Origin: the human T2T-CHM13v2.0 reference genome, Homo sapiens
NCBI RefSeq assembly: GCF_009914755.1
Contig: NC_060930.1
Length of the DNA: 64,000 nt
Strand: one strand, 5' to 3'
The notes under the pieces were generated by a model. That model was not told the origin of the DNA and did not search any database. It was given only the letters and a program-made list of their open reading frames with translations. A program made the position numbers and the translations under genes. The first letter of the stretch is position 1. Each line of letters begins with the position of its first letter. Shown piece after piece: positions 11,330 to 23,468 of this stretch.

Positions 11330-14300
11330 GACAAAAAGGGACATTATATAATGATAAAAGGCCTTGTCCAACAGGAAAATATCATAATCCTAAACATATA
11401 TGCACCTAATACTGGAGCTCCCAAATTTATAAAACAATTACTAACAGACCTAAAAATGAGATAGACAGCAACACAATAATGTGGGGGGGGGGGGGGACTT
11501 CAATACTCCACTGACAGCACTAGACAGGTCAACAAGACAGTCAACAAAGAAATAATAAATTTAAACTATACCTTGGAACAAATAGACTTTGAGCAGATAT
11601 ATACAGAACATTTCATCCAACAACTGCAGAATACACATTCTATTCAACAGCCAAGGAACTTTCGCCAAGATAGACCATATGATAGGCCATATAAAGAGCC
11701 TCAATAAATTTAAGAAAATTGAAATGCTATCAAGCACTTTCTCAGACCACAGTGGAATAAAACTGGAAATCAACTCCAAAAGGAACCCTCAAAACCATGC
11801 AAATACATGGAAATTAAATAACCTGCTCTTGAATGAGCACTGGATCAAAAATGAAATCAAAATGAAAATTAAAAAATTCTTCGAACTGAATGACAATAAT
11901 GACATAACTTATCAAAACCTCTGGGACACAGCAAAGGCAATGCTAAGAGGAAAGTTCATAGCCCTAAACGCCTACATCAAAAAGGTTGAAAGAGCACAAA
12001 CAGACAATCTAAAGTCACGCCTCAGGGAACTACAGAAACAAGAACAAACCAAAACCAAACCCAGTAGAAGAAAAAAAATAAGAGCAGAGCAGAACTAAAC
12101 AAAATTGAAACAAACAAACAAAAAATACAGTACAAAAGATACATGAAACAAAAAGATGGTTATTTGAAAAGATATATAAGATTGATAGACCATTTGCAAG
12201 ATTAACCAAGAAAAGAGAGAAAATCCAAATAACCTCACTGAGAAATGAAACAGGAGATACTACAACTGACACTACTGAAATACAAAAGATCATTTGAGAC
12301 TACTATGAACACCTTTACACACATAAACTAGAAAACCTAGAACAGATGGATCAATTCCTAGAAAATACAACCCTGCTAGCTTAAATAAGGAAGAATTAGA
12401 TACCTTGAACAGACCAATAACAAGCAGCGAGATTGAAATGGTAATTTAAAAATTATAAAAAAAAAAAAAAAAGTCCACGACCAGACGGATTCACAGCAGA
12501 ATTCTACCAGACATTCAAAGAAGAACTGGTACCAATCCTTTCAACACTATTCCACAAGATAGAGAAAGAGGGAACCCTCACTAATCCATTCTATGAAGCC
12601 AGCGTCACCCTAATAACAAAACCAGGGAAGGACATAACCAAAAAAGAAAACTACAGACCGATATCCTTGATGAACATAGATACTAAAATCCTTAACAAAA
12701 TACTAGCTAACCAAATCCAGTAACACATCAAAAAGATAATCCACCATGATCAAGTGGGTTTCATACCAGGGATGCAGGGATGGTTTAACATATGCAAGTC
12801 AATAAATATATTTCACCACATAAACAGATTTTAAAACAAAAATCACACAATCATCTCAATCGATGCAGAAAAAGCATTCGACAAAATCCAGCATCCCTTT
12901 ATGATCAAAACCCTCAGCAAAATCAACATACAAGGGACATACCTTAATGTAATAAAAGCCATCTATGACAAAACCACAGCCAACATAATACTGAATGGGG
13001 AAAACTTGAAAGTATTCCCCCTGAGAATGGGAACAAGACAAGGATGCCCATTCTCACCACTCCTCTTCAACATAGTACTGGAAGTCTTAGCCAGAACAAT
13101 CCGACAAGAGAAAGAGATAAAGGGCATCCACGTCGGTAAAGAGGAAGTCAGACTGTTGCCGTTTGCTGACAATATTATTGTTTACCTTGGAAACCCTAAG
13201 TACTTCTCCAGAAAGCTCCTAGAATTGATAAAAGAATTCAGTAAAGTTTCCGGATACAAGATTAAAGTACACAAATCAGTAGCTCTTCTATATACCAACA
13301 GCAATCAAGCTGAGAAATCAATAACTCAATCCCTTTTACAATAGCTGCAAAAATAATAAAATACTTAGGAATATACCTAACAAAGGAGTCGAAAGACCTC
13401 TACAAGGAAAACTACAAAATACTGCTAAAAGAAATTACAGACAACACAAACAAATGGAAACACATCCTATGCTCACGGATGGCCAGAATCAGTATTGTGA
13501 AAATCATCATACTGCCAAAAGCAATCTATAAATTCAAAGCAATCCCCATCAAAATAGCACCACCATTCTCCACAGTTAGAAAAAACAATTCTAAAATTCA
13601 TATGGAACCAAAAAAGAGCCCACATAGCCAAAGCAAGGCTAAGCAAAAAGAACAAATCTGGAGGCATCATATTACCTGATTTCAAAATATACTATGAGGC
13701 CATAGTCACCAAAACAGCATGGTACTAGTATAAAAATAAGCATATAGACCAATGGAACAGAATAGAGAACTCAGAAATAAATCCAAATACTTATAGCCAA
13801 CTGATCTTTGACAAAACAAACAAAAACATAAAGTGGGGAAAGGACTCCCTTTTCAACAAATGGTGCTCAGACACTAGGCTAGCCACATGTAGGAGAATGA
13901 AACTCGATCCTCATCTCTCACCTTATACAAAAATCAACTCAAGATGGATTAAGGACTTAAATCTAAGACCTGAAACTAAAAATTCTAGAAGTTAACATTG
14001 GAAAAACCCTTCTAGACATTGCCTTAAACAAGGATTCCATGACCAAAAACCCAAAAGCAATTGCAATAAAAACAAAAAAAAATAGCTGTGACCTAATTAA
14101 AGAGCTTTTGCATGGCAAAAGGAACAATCAGCAAAGTAAACTGACAACCCACAGAGTTGGAGAAAATCTTCACAATCTATATATCTGACAAAGGACTAAT
14201 ATCTAGAATCTACAACAAACTCAAATCAACAAGAAAAATCAATCAATACCATCAAAAAGTGGGCTAAGGACATGAATAGACAACTCTCAAAAGAAGATAT

Positions 14301-14716
14301 ACAAATGGCCAACAAACACATGAAAAAATGCTCAACATCACTAATGATCAGGGAAATGCAAATCAAAACCACAATGCGATACCACCTTACTCCTGTAAGA
14401 ATGGCCATAATCAAAGAATCAAAACACAGTAGATGTTGGCATGGATGCGGTGAACAGGGAACACTTCTACACTGCTGGTAGGAATGTAAACCAGTACAAG
14501 CTGCTATGGAAAACAGTGTGGAAACTCCTTAAAGAACTAAAAGTAGAACTACCATTTGATCCAGCAATCTCATTACTGGGTATCTACCCTGAGGAAAAGA
14601 AGTCATTATTCTAAAAAGATACTTGCACACGCATGTTTATAGCAGCACAATTCACAATAGCAAAATCATGGAACCAACCCAAATGCCTATCAATCAATGA
14701 GTGGATAAAGAAGCTC

Positions 14717-14724
14717 AGATAGAC

Positions 14725-14776
<52 letters not shown>
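14717..14776. repeat. (AGAT)n tetranucleotide microsatellite, 15 units with one AGAC
   Basis: Seen directly. Confidence 0.98.
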
Positions 14777-15735
14777 GATGGAATACTACTCAACCATACA
14801 AAGGAATGAATTAACAGCATTTGCAATGACCTGGATGAGATTAGAGACTATTATTCCAAGTGAAGTAACTCAGGAATGGAAAACCAAACATCGTATGTTC
14901 TCACTGATATGTGGGAACTAAGCTATGAGGACACAAAGGCGTAACAATGATACAATGGACTTTGGAGACTTGGGGAGAAGAGTGGGAGTGAAGTGGGGGA
15001 TAAAAGACAACAAATATGGTGCAGTGTATACTGCTCGGGTGATGGGTGCACCAGGTTCTCACAAATCTCCACTAAAGAACTTACTCATGTAACCAAATAC
15101 CACCTGTACTCCAATAACTTATGGAAAAATAAAATTTTAAAAAAATAAAAAATAAAAATGAATCAGGGGGATGTCTATGTTGAAAGCTGTAAATACTAAA
15201 TAACTCCTATAAAAAGCAAAAAAAAAAATACTGTATCAAGCAAAATTAGATAAGAGAAAGAAATAATAGGCATCCAAAGGAAAAAGTTATATCATCTCTG
15301 TTTGCAGACAACATAATCTTTCATGGAGTAAAACCTAAAGACTCTGGAATAAACTGTTAGAACAAATAAACAAATTCAGTAATTCTGCAAGACACAAAAT
15401 TAACATGTGAAAATCAGTATCATTTCCATACTATTCAAAAAAGAAATTTTAAAAAACTCATTAACAATAGCTACCAAAAAAAGGTAAATACTTAGAAATA
15501 AATTTGACCAAAGAAGTACAGCCTGTACACTATACTGTGAAAACTACAAAACACTGATGAAAGAAATGGAAGACACAATTAAATGGAAAGATATCCTAAC
15601 TTTATGGATTGAAAGAATATTGTTAAAACCAGGCACAGCGGCTCATGCCTGCATGAACACTGAGGAAAGAAATGGAAGAAGACACAATTAAATGGAAAGA
15701 TATTCTAACTTTATGTATTGAAAGAATATTGTTAA

Positions 15736-16054
15736 GGCCAGGCACAGTGGCTCATGCCATATGGAACCTGTAATCTCAGAAATTTAGGAGGCCAAGGTGG
15801 GCGGATCACTTGAGCTCAGAAGTTCAAGACCAGCCTGGGCAACATGGCGAGACCCCATCTCTACAAAAAATACAAAAATTAGCCAGGCATCGTGGCATGC
15901 ACAGATAGTTCCAGCTACTCAGGAGGCTGAGGTGGAAGGATCACTTGAGCCTGGGAGGTAGAGGTTGCAGTGAGTTGAGATCACACTACTTGCACTTCAG
16001 CCTGGGTAACAGAGGAAGACTCTGTCTCAAAAAAAAAAAAAAAAAAAAAAAAAA
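15736..16054 (+). mobile_element. AluJ
   Basis: gatcacttgagc...gcctgggcaacatggcgagacccc; TSD aaagaatattgt(t/c)aa at 15721-15735 / 16052-16066. Confidence 0.92.
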
Positions 16055-16890
16055 GAATATTGTCAAAATGTCCAGACTACCCAAAGTGACCTAAAGACTG
16101 AATGCAATCTTTATCTAATGACACTTTCCACAGAAACAGAAAAAAAATCCTAAAATTCATATGGAACCACAAATGACCCCAAATAGCCAAAGCAGTCTTG
16201 AGCAAAAAGCAAATCCAGAGGCTTCACATTACCTAATTTGAAAATCTACTATCAAGCTACAGTAATCAAAACAGCATGGTACGGGCATAAAAGCACACAC
16301 ACTAACGGAACAGAACAGTGAATCCAGAAGTAAATCCATACATTTACTGTCAACTGATTTTCAATAAAGATGCCAAGAACACAAAATGAGGGAAGGATAG
16401 TCTCTTCAATAAATGGTGCTGGGGAAACTGGTTAGCTACATGCAGAAGAATAAAATTAGATCCTTATCTAACAACATACACAAAAATCAACTCAAACTGC
16501 ATTAAACACAAACATAAGACATGAAATTGCAAAGCTGCTAGAAGAAAACAGAGGGGAAAAGCTCTATGAAATTGGTTTGGATAATAATGTTTTGGATATG
16601 ACCCCAAAAGAACTGGCAACAAAAGCAAAAATAGGCAAATGGGATTACAATAAACTAAAACACTTCTACAGAACAAAGAAAACAATCAACAGAGTAAAGA
16701 AACAAGCATACAGAATGAGAAAATATATTTGCAAACCATACATCTGCAAAGGGGTTAATATCTAAAATACATAAGGAATGCAAAAAAACAAGTAACACAA
16801 TTTTTAAAACGGGAGGTTTTCAGGTGATGAGAGCCTCACCCTCAGGAATAGATTAACACCATTATGAAAAGGACTTGCAGGATTGGGAGT

Positions 16891-17412
16891 CAATTCCAAC
16901 TACATGACATACTGGAAAAGGCAATACTATAGACAGAGTAAAAAGATCCGTTGTCACAATGGTTAAGATAGTAAATTTATGTTATATGTATTTAACCACT
17001 ATTACATACATGTATCAGTAAAAAGAAAGGGAAGAAAAAAATAGTTATTAACAGGGATTGTGGAGAGAGAAGGATAGGAGGTGCACAGAGGATATTTAGG
17101 GCAGTGAAACTATTCTGGATGACACCGTAATTTTGGAGACAGGACATTATACATTTGGCAAAACCTATGAAATGGTACAACATAAAGAATAAATCCTAAT
17201 GTAAACTGTGGACTTTAGCTAACTATAATGTATCAATATTGGTTCATCAATTGTTATTAAGTGTAGACCACCAATGCAAGATATTAGTAAGAGTAAACTG
17301 AGAGCTGTTGGCAGTGGCAGGAAGGTGAGAGCTTATGGGAATTCTCTGTACTTTGTGATCAATTTGTCTGTAAATTTAAAACTGCACTGAAAAATAAAGT
17401 CTATTAATTTAA
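16891..17412 (+). mobile_element. L1MC-type 3'UTR fragment (preceded by a short MaLR-like piece at ~16811-16885)
   Basis: attccaactacatgacatactggaaaaggca..., taatgtaaactgtggacttt, ending aaaataaagtctattaa. Confidence 0.7.
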
Positions 17413-19038
17413 GATATTATCACTAATCAACTTTATAAATATTTCATGCAGTAAATAACTAAATAGCAATGCTAGAGTATACATACACCAACCAGTTGTA
17501 TTGAATAATCCATAAATTATTTCAAAAATATGCCATCTTTAGGATTTCTCAATTTTCAAAAAACATGAATTTATAACTAAAAATGACAGGAGTCCTAGAG
17601 ATTTAAAATAGTACCAAGAGATAGTGAAATAAATAAAGTAAATCTATATTAACCATTTATTATTAGTCAAGATTTTATTTCTCAGAGATTTTCCTACTAC
17701 ATGATCATTATATAACTTTAAATGTCAAAACTATTTTTAATTTATTAATTTTGGATGAAAATCTTCCCTACATAAATATTAAATATTTCCCAGTCTTTCA
17801 TAAAAAAGTATGTTTAAAAAAATGTTCCTCTTGTCAACTAGTTCATTAAATTCCTACACTGATATCTTTTAAAATGTACTGAGGCAGACAGGGCAATCAA
17901 TCTGCCCTCACATTAAATGACCCTTGAAGATGCTTTTTGGGTTTGTATATGTGTGTGTTTCTCTCTCAGACGAGCTATCTTTCTTACTGCTTGCAATGAT
18001 TTATGTGTTTTATAATTAAATAGGTGTCTTATAATTATGTGTCTTATGATGTGTCTTATAATTAAATATGGGAGGTACAAACAATCACTTTGGAACTTTA
18101 TCATAAATGAGGGCAAACAGGCAATCACCAGAGTTTGTAAGGCAGGAGGAAGCAGGCAGAAAGATTCCTCCTCCATAACAAAATTACTTGAGACATATTC
18201 TTGCCGGTATATCTAATAATTAGAATTGCTTAAAATGATCATGGACAAAATAAAGTACACAATAATTTGAACTGTAAGCTGTTACTTAAAGCCATCCCAT
18301 TTATATAAAACCTTAAGTGTTAACAGGCTAAAGATCTGAAATTCAGATCAGAATACAAGCTCAATTTTTATTTACCAATAAAAATACATAAAATATTACT
18401 TTTCTTACTCAGTAGTAACCACCATCATCAAATAATACTCAAAGTCTACCTAATGTAGGTAAATCCTCAGAAAATGAATTTACTTTGGATATTATGTCCA
18501 ATGGAAGATGCAATGACTGTTTCTGGAAATACACAGTAATATCAAATATAACTAGTTACTTTTTCCACTCAATGAAATTCAAATATGGATAAAACAGAGG
18601 GAAAATAGTTGATCATAGTTGTTACTAAGATTTCTGCTAAAATATTTCATGCTTAGGCATTAAACGTAGTGAACTCTAAAAGAGAGAACATTTCTGTGGA
18701 TAATAAGTACATAAATCTTAACATCTTATTAGTAATAATGAAAAGTAAATAAATTAAATATTGAGATTGAAGATAATTTATAGATGGACTCTAATCAAAA
18801 TTATTTGGATTCCAACCTCATCCTAAAAGGACTTTAGGGTGACACAATATAATGATTATATGATCAAGATGAACTTGCATGACTCAATTCAAGAGATGGT
18901 TATTACATACCATAGACACGATCTTTCACGTAACAATATTATTAAAAAAATTTCCAAATACTTCAAGAATTCTATTATAATATATAAATAAGAAACATGA
19001 TCTTCATTATTACAAGTCATTCTTGCCTGTTCTATAAG

Positions 19039-19560
19039 AGGAGTGGACAAACCACTATGGCAGCTTCCCAGGTTTTTTTTGTTTTTTGAGACAGGGCTTT
19101 GCTCTGTCGCCCAGGCTGTAGTGCAGTGGCAAGTACACAGCTCACTGCAGCCTGCACCTCCTGGGGTCAGGTGATCCTCTCACCTCAGCCTCCCTAATAG
19201 CTGGGACCACAAGCGTACGTCACCATGCCTGGCTAATTTTTCTTTTCCATTTTTTTTTTTTTCTGGTAGACATGGGGTCTCACCATGTTGCCCAGGCTGG
19301 TCTCGAACTCCTGGGGACAAGTGATCCTCCCACCTCAGCCTCCCAAAATGCTGGGATTATAGGTGTGAACCACCATGCCTGGCCACAACTTCCTGTTTTT
19401 GTAAATAAAGTTTTACTGGAATTCAGCCATACTCATTTGTTTACTTATCATCTGCTTTCACACGGCAATGGCAGAGTTAGGTAGTTAACAGAAATCCTAT
19501 GGCCCACAAAGCCAAAAATATTTACTACCTGGCCTTTTAGAAAAAGTGTGTCAATTCCTG
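19039..19560 (-). mobile_element. MER58A-like hAT DNA transposon interrupted by an Alu
   Basis: tttttgtaaataaagttttactggaa...tatggcccacaaagccaaaaatatttactacctggcctttt. Confidence 0.75.
19073..19384 (-). mobile_element. AluJ
   Basis: T-tail followed by a reverse Alu dimer ending cctggcc. Confidence 0.92.
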
Positions 19561-20601
19561 GTAGGGCATCAACTAGTATAACACAAATTCAAAATTAATA
19601 CTTTGTACATAGAGACGTAGTCTTCTGATCATTAAAATACTGCTTGTAAAGTGTAATGTAGTAGTATAAACAATTTAGTAGTATTAGTACAGTTGTAGTA
19701 GTATAAATAATTTAGTAACAGTAGTACAATATAATAGTATTTAATGTAAATAAACTTTTTAAGGCTTTTATATATATATTCCAGAAGCATATAGCTAAGA
19801 ATACACAAATGACATACCAATAACAGATGCTTGTTTTGATCCTCTAAAAATTTCTAGCCTTGAATTACCATAATACAAACTCATAATTCTTAAAGTTAGG
19901 ATTTTCAAAAATCTTTTACCATCTTCAATTTATATTTGCCATATATAAATAAACTGTGAAAACTAGCCATTTTTTTACTGTGAATAAAATTTAAAGACTA
20001 AAACTATAAACTAAAATCTAAAATTGCTGTATAGCCCAAGCTACTCATATTCACTCATTTTTAAAAATTTATTTATACATGAGTGAATTTTCCTCAAGTA
20101 TGATTTCCATTTGAAATCAAATTTCTGTATCACTTAAACATAAAATGGTTTACCTTTCAGAATTCACTGTTTAAGCTGAAAAATGCCTATATATCCTTTA
20201 CTTATATTCACCAATTAACATTTTGACACATTTATTTTACAAATGTATTTATTTTATGAATGTATTTAATTAAATTTTATTAATTCAGCTCATATCTCTT
20301 TTAAGACTATGGATATTGTACTATAAAAACATGATAGCATTATCACATCTAACTTAATACATATTCCATAGTATCGTCGCAATCCAGTCCATATTCCAAG
20401 TTTTCTCAAATATCCTAAAAGTGAACTATGCAGCTCTACTTTCAATCTAGCAACCAATCAAGTTTCACATGCATGTTGATTTCTGACAGGTAAGCACCAG
20501 ATCTTTCTCTAAACAATCTATTTGTATCTAATACATTCTCTCTTCTACCCATAAACTTGTTCTCTTGAAAAGCGATAGGAACACAATTTCCCACTACTTA
20601 C

Positions 20602-20697
20602 CTGCCAGAATCATTCAGCAGTGGAAGGATATTGTGATAACAATAGGGAAAAACTGATTTTCCAATTATTTCTATAGAATCTGTTTTCCCTATGAAG
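20602..20697 (-). CDS. SUPT3H: SUPT3H alternative cassette exon B (96 nt), SFIGKTDSIEIIGKSVFPYCYHNILPLLNDSG-
   Basis: Acceptor aattttttttctag| at 20698/20697 and perfect donor GGCAG|gtaagt at 20602/20601; open in the frame set by ATG 21722. 38+96=134 nt ends in phase 2 like the recalled 101-nt canonical first coding exon, giving +11 aa (317 to 328 aa, sizes from memory). Confidence 0.78.
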
Positions 20698-21684
20698 CTA
20701 GAAAAAAAATTGTAATCTCACCTTAGATGGTTAAAACATATTATAAATAAATACCTAAGAAATATTCATTAATCATCAAGTAAAAAGTCTTGTGACCTCC
20801 CAGTTCCCAAGAAGTTTTAATATTGTTAATACTAATAACTTAATAAGAATCATGAATAATTATCCAATGCAGCATTTTATAAAAAGAAACAATTAACATT
20901 TTATAAAAGTCTAGAGTGATCTCTACTGGTCACTAAAAAAGCTAGTTTTAGAAAACTAGAAATACTTATTTTTAAACATATTCAAACAATTTTATAGTTC
21001 ATTAAGCTGAATAAAGTTTTAATCATCCCATAAAAAGACTGAATAACACGTATATTATGCCTATGCATCAAGAAACAGACTTCTTCAGGAATTAGTTTCA
21101 ATGCTTTCAAGCTTCTATTAAAGTGTAAAACCTACATTTTAAACAATGCTTTATTATACCAATATTATAAAAATGTATACTTTTATAATTTTCTAATATT
21201 AATATAATTAAAATATATGAATATTTTAACATTTCTTTCCTGACTTCCTTAATCTTAAAAGTAAAATTAGTGCAAGTTTTCACTGCTATGCTTTCTGAGA
21301 AATTGAGATTTCCAATGGGAATACTGTCAAATATATAAAAACAAAAAGATCAGTATTCTAGCGCTTCATTTTCAATATATTTTCTATATTGTTAATTATG
21401 CTAGAACTCAAGGTATTTTCCAGCATAAGTTATACACAAGGCCTAACAAATAGAGACCTAAATCTGCGATCGCCTTTACTGAAACCAATGAAAAATCTAT
21501 ACACAGTAATGAAACTGGCATGCAAATAAAAGAACTGTCAAGACATGTATTCCTAAAAATAAGCCTACAATAACTATTTTAAAGGCTGTGTGTGGTCTCG
21601 CCCATATATTTTGGCAAGATGCACTTTCTCCAACCACAGTTAGATTCATCCAAAAGCAGTGGCACTGGAGAGCCTCTGTCTCAC

Positions 21685-21722
21685 CTGTCAAAGTTGAAGA
21701 ACGTTGTTCCAAAGACCACCAT
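21685..21722 (-). CDS. SUPT3H: SUPT3H alternative isoform N-terminus, part 1 (MVVFGTTFFNFD+AG)
   Basis: 38 nt, ends in phase 2 and joins in frame to exon 20602-20697. Agrees with the recalled longer SUPT3H isoform N-terminus. Confidence 0.72.
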
Positions 21723-21773
21723 GAGTCCATGGAGAAAAGCCACAGTGCTACAGCTGTTATTGATAAGCAGTTT
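21685..21773 (-). other. SUPT3H: SUPT3H alternative cassette exon A (89 nt), containing the alternative start codon
   Basis: Minus-strand acceptor agttttttctcctttag| at 21774/21773 and donor ACAG|gtgaga at 21685/21684. ATG at 21722 gives MVVFGTTFFNFD. Confidence 0.8.
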
Positions 21774-23315
21774 CTAAAGGAGAAAAAACTTCAAACAATT
21801 AAGCAAATCATCCTTAATAGAGATACAGACAGACATACGATGATATTCATGTTTAAATTATGAGATGACAATTACTGTGCCGGTTGTGAAACAAAACACT
21901 GACAATTTATATACTGGAATGCTCAGAGGGGAATCCTTCATAAGTAACACTAACTTACAATCTTCTCTATTCTTCCTCTAACTAAACTTGTATACATTGG
22001 TTATCAATTCAAAAACTCTATTATGTTCGGTTAAACCTTCAACAACCTCCTTTATAAACCTCAAAATTCATCTAAATTATTAAGTTACTAACTTCATCAA
22101 AATTGCTGAAGTCTGACAGCTAAGAGCACAGTGGATTAAGATTTATAAACGGAAACCTTAAATATATTAAAACCCGATTTTTTTAGATGATGCCTTAACA
22201 TGTTTTTCAACCACATTATAAAAGCAGTTCACATTTTTGCTTTAGAATAACCTCCCTACAGTAAAGCACATAGACTGATAGAGCAAGCCATTAACATAAA
22301 TAAAGAGCAAGAAAAACAATTACTTGAAAAAGAAATATGCCTCAGTGGACAATTCAAGTCCCACCCCCAACTTGGCAATAAAAGACATCTTAAAACAAAT
22401 TGTAACGAAATATACATGACTATACTAAAAGTTTAGATAATGACAATGAGTATCTCAAAATTTAACTTATTTTTCCAAGTGATAATATCCTCTAATCCTA
22501 TTTAATACTAAAAGAGTTCAATTGAAAGAGAGGAGATTTTCCTTTTGTACCTTTTCCAAGAAAGCTAATATACAAAAGATTCTCATTATAGGACAGTTTT
22601 ACCTACAGCCATGTTCCATAGCACAAAGTTACAGCAGTGTTCCAACGTATACTATAATGTCCTACAGTTTCATTTACTATATTCTCTAAGTACAAAGGTT
22701 CTAAAAAGATTACTTTCACTTCTCCCTAGATACGTTAAATAGCATAGCTGGGATATTATTTTTCTTTGGTTTTGTCAGTAGCATGTTTGATATAAATTAT
22801 ATTAAGTGGTAGTGTATGTAACATTGCATTGTGGGTAGTAGTTTCCTGCTTTAGTCTAGCCACATCCTCAGCTGTCATATGAGCATGTTTCCCATATTTT
22901 CTGCAAGTTCTCGCCTTTTTTTATTATTACAAAAATGACAGCATTCAAAGATGAATTGTTCTAATAATTACAAGAAACATGAATTACTTATACAGCTACA
23001 TTAAACAAGTATGGATCACTCTGCACTTCAAAGAATAATCAAAGAAAAAAAGTAATCCTCATAATTAAAGTGTTAATACTATGTGAACAATGTATTAAAG
23101 TAAATTAGCATAAAAGGATTCAAGAAACAATTAAAAACAGCTGAAAGAAATTAAGTCTCTATAATCAGATGCCAATACTATCTAACAACTGAGGCATTAC
23201 ATATTAGAATATAACAATTTCTAATGAATGTTAAGAGCTCCAAATCTACCGAGTATTCATTAGTGAGGATTAATGTCAATATCCCCTACTAGAACTTAAG
23301 AATCTACTTTGAGGC

Positions 23316-23468
23316 TGTATAGAAATGAGGGAAAAAAGGAAGAGAACCCAAAAAAGCCTGAAGGAGAAAGAAAGGGAAAGAGGAGGAATGGGGGAGACAG
23401 GTAGAGGGAGAGAGATTGGTAGAGAGAGAGAGATAGGGAGAGGGAGGGAGGGAAGGCAGGAGAGATTG
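23316..23468. repeat. Polypurine (GA-rich) low-complexity tract
   Basis: About 150 nt of predominantly G/A on the + strand. Confidence 0.9.

Larger units (their letters stand above)
8698..15228 (+). mobile_element. Near-full-length decayed L1PB-type LINE-1 with a short 3' extension
   Basis: 5'UTR, ORF1, EN (HISILTWNVNGLNAP), RT ([21 protein letters not shown]...FADN) and C-terminal fragments; L1PB-type 3'UTR ending ~15158; diverged TSD aatagtgtacca (8686-8697) / aatactgtatca (15227-15238). Confidence 0.9.
4496..16810 (+). mobile_element. Old L1M-type host LINE-1 (5'UTR/ORF1 4496-5450 and 7986-8697; ORF2 15239-16810), interrupted by younger insertions
   Basis: Degenerate ORF1 sequence continues across both nested L1 TSDs; degenerate ORF2 RT and C-terminal sequence follows 15239. 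Confidence 0.8.

Noticed and set aside
6461-14481. Many ORF-track entries with L1 ORF1, EN or RT similarity
   Set aside because: They are fragments of frameshifted, stop-containing LINE-1 copies, not functional genes or a novel reverse-transcriptase system.
21497-21863. ORFs 21497-21730 (-), 21588-21863 (+) and 21592-21777 (+) as standalone genes
   Set aside because: They only overlap the SUPT3H cassette exon. The minus ORF runs through the splice donor and none resembles a known protein.
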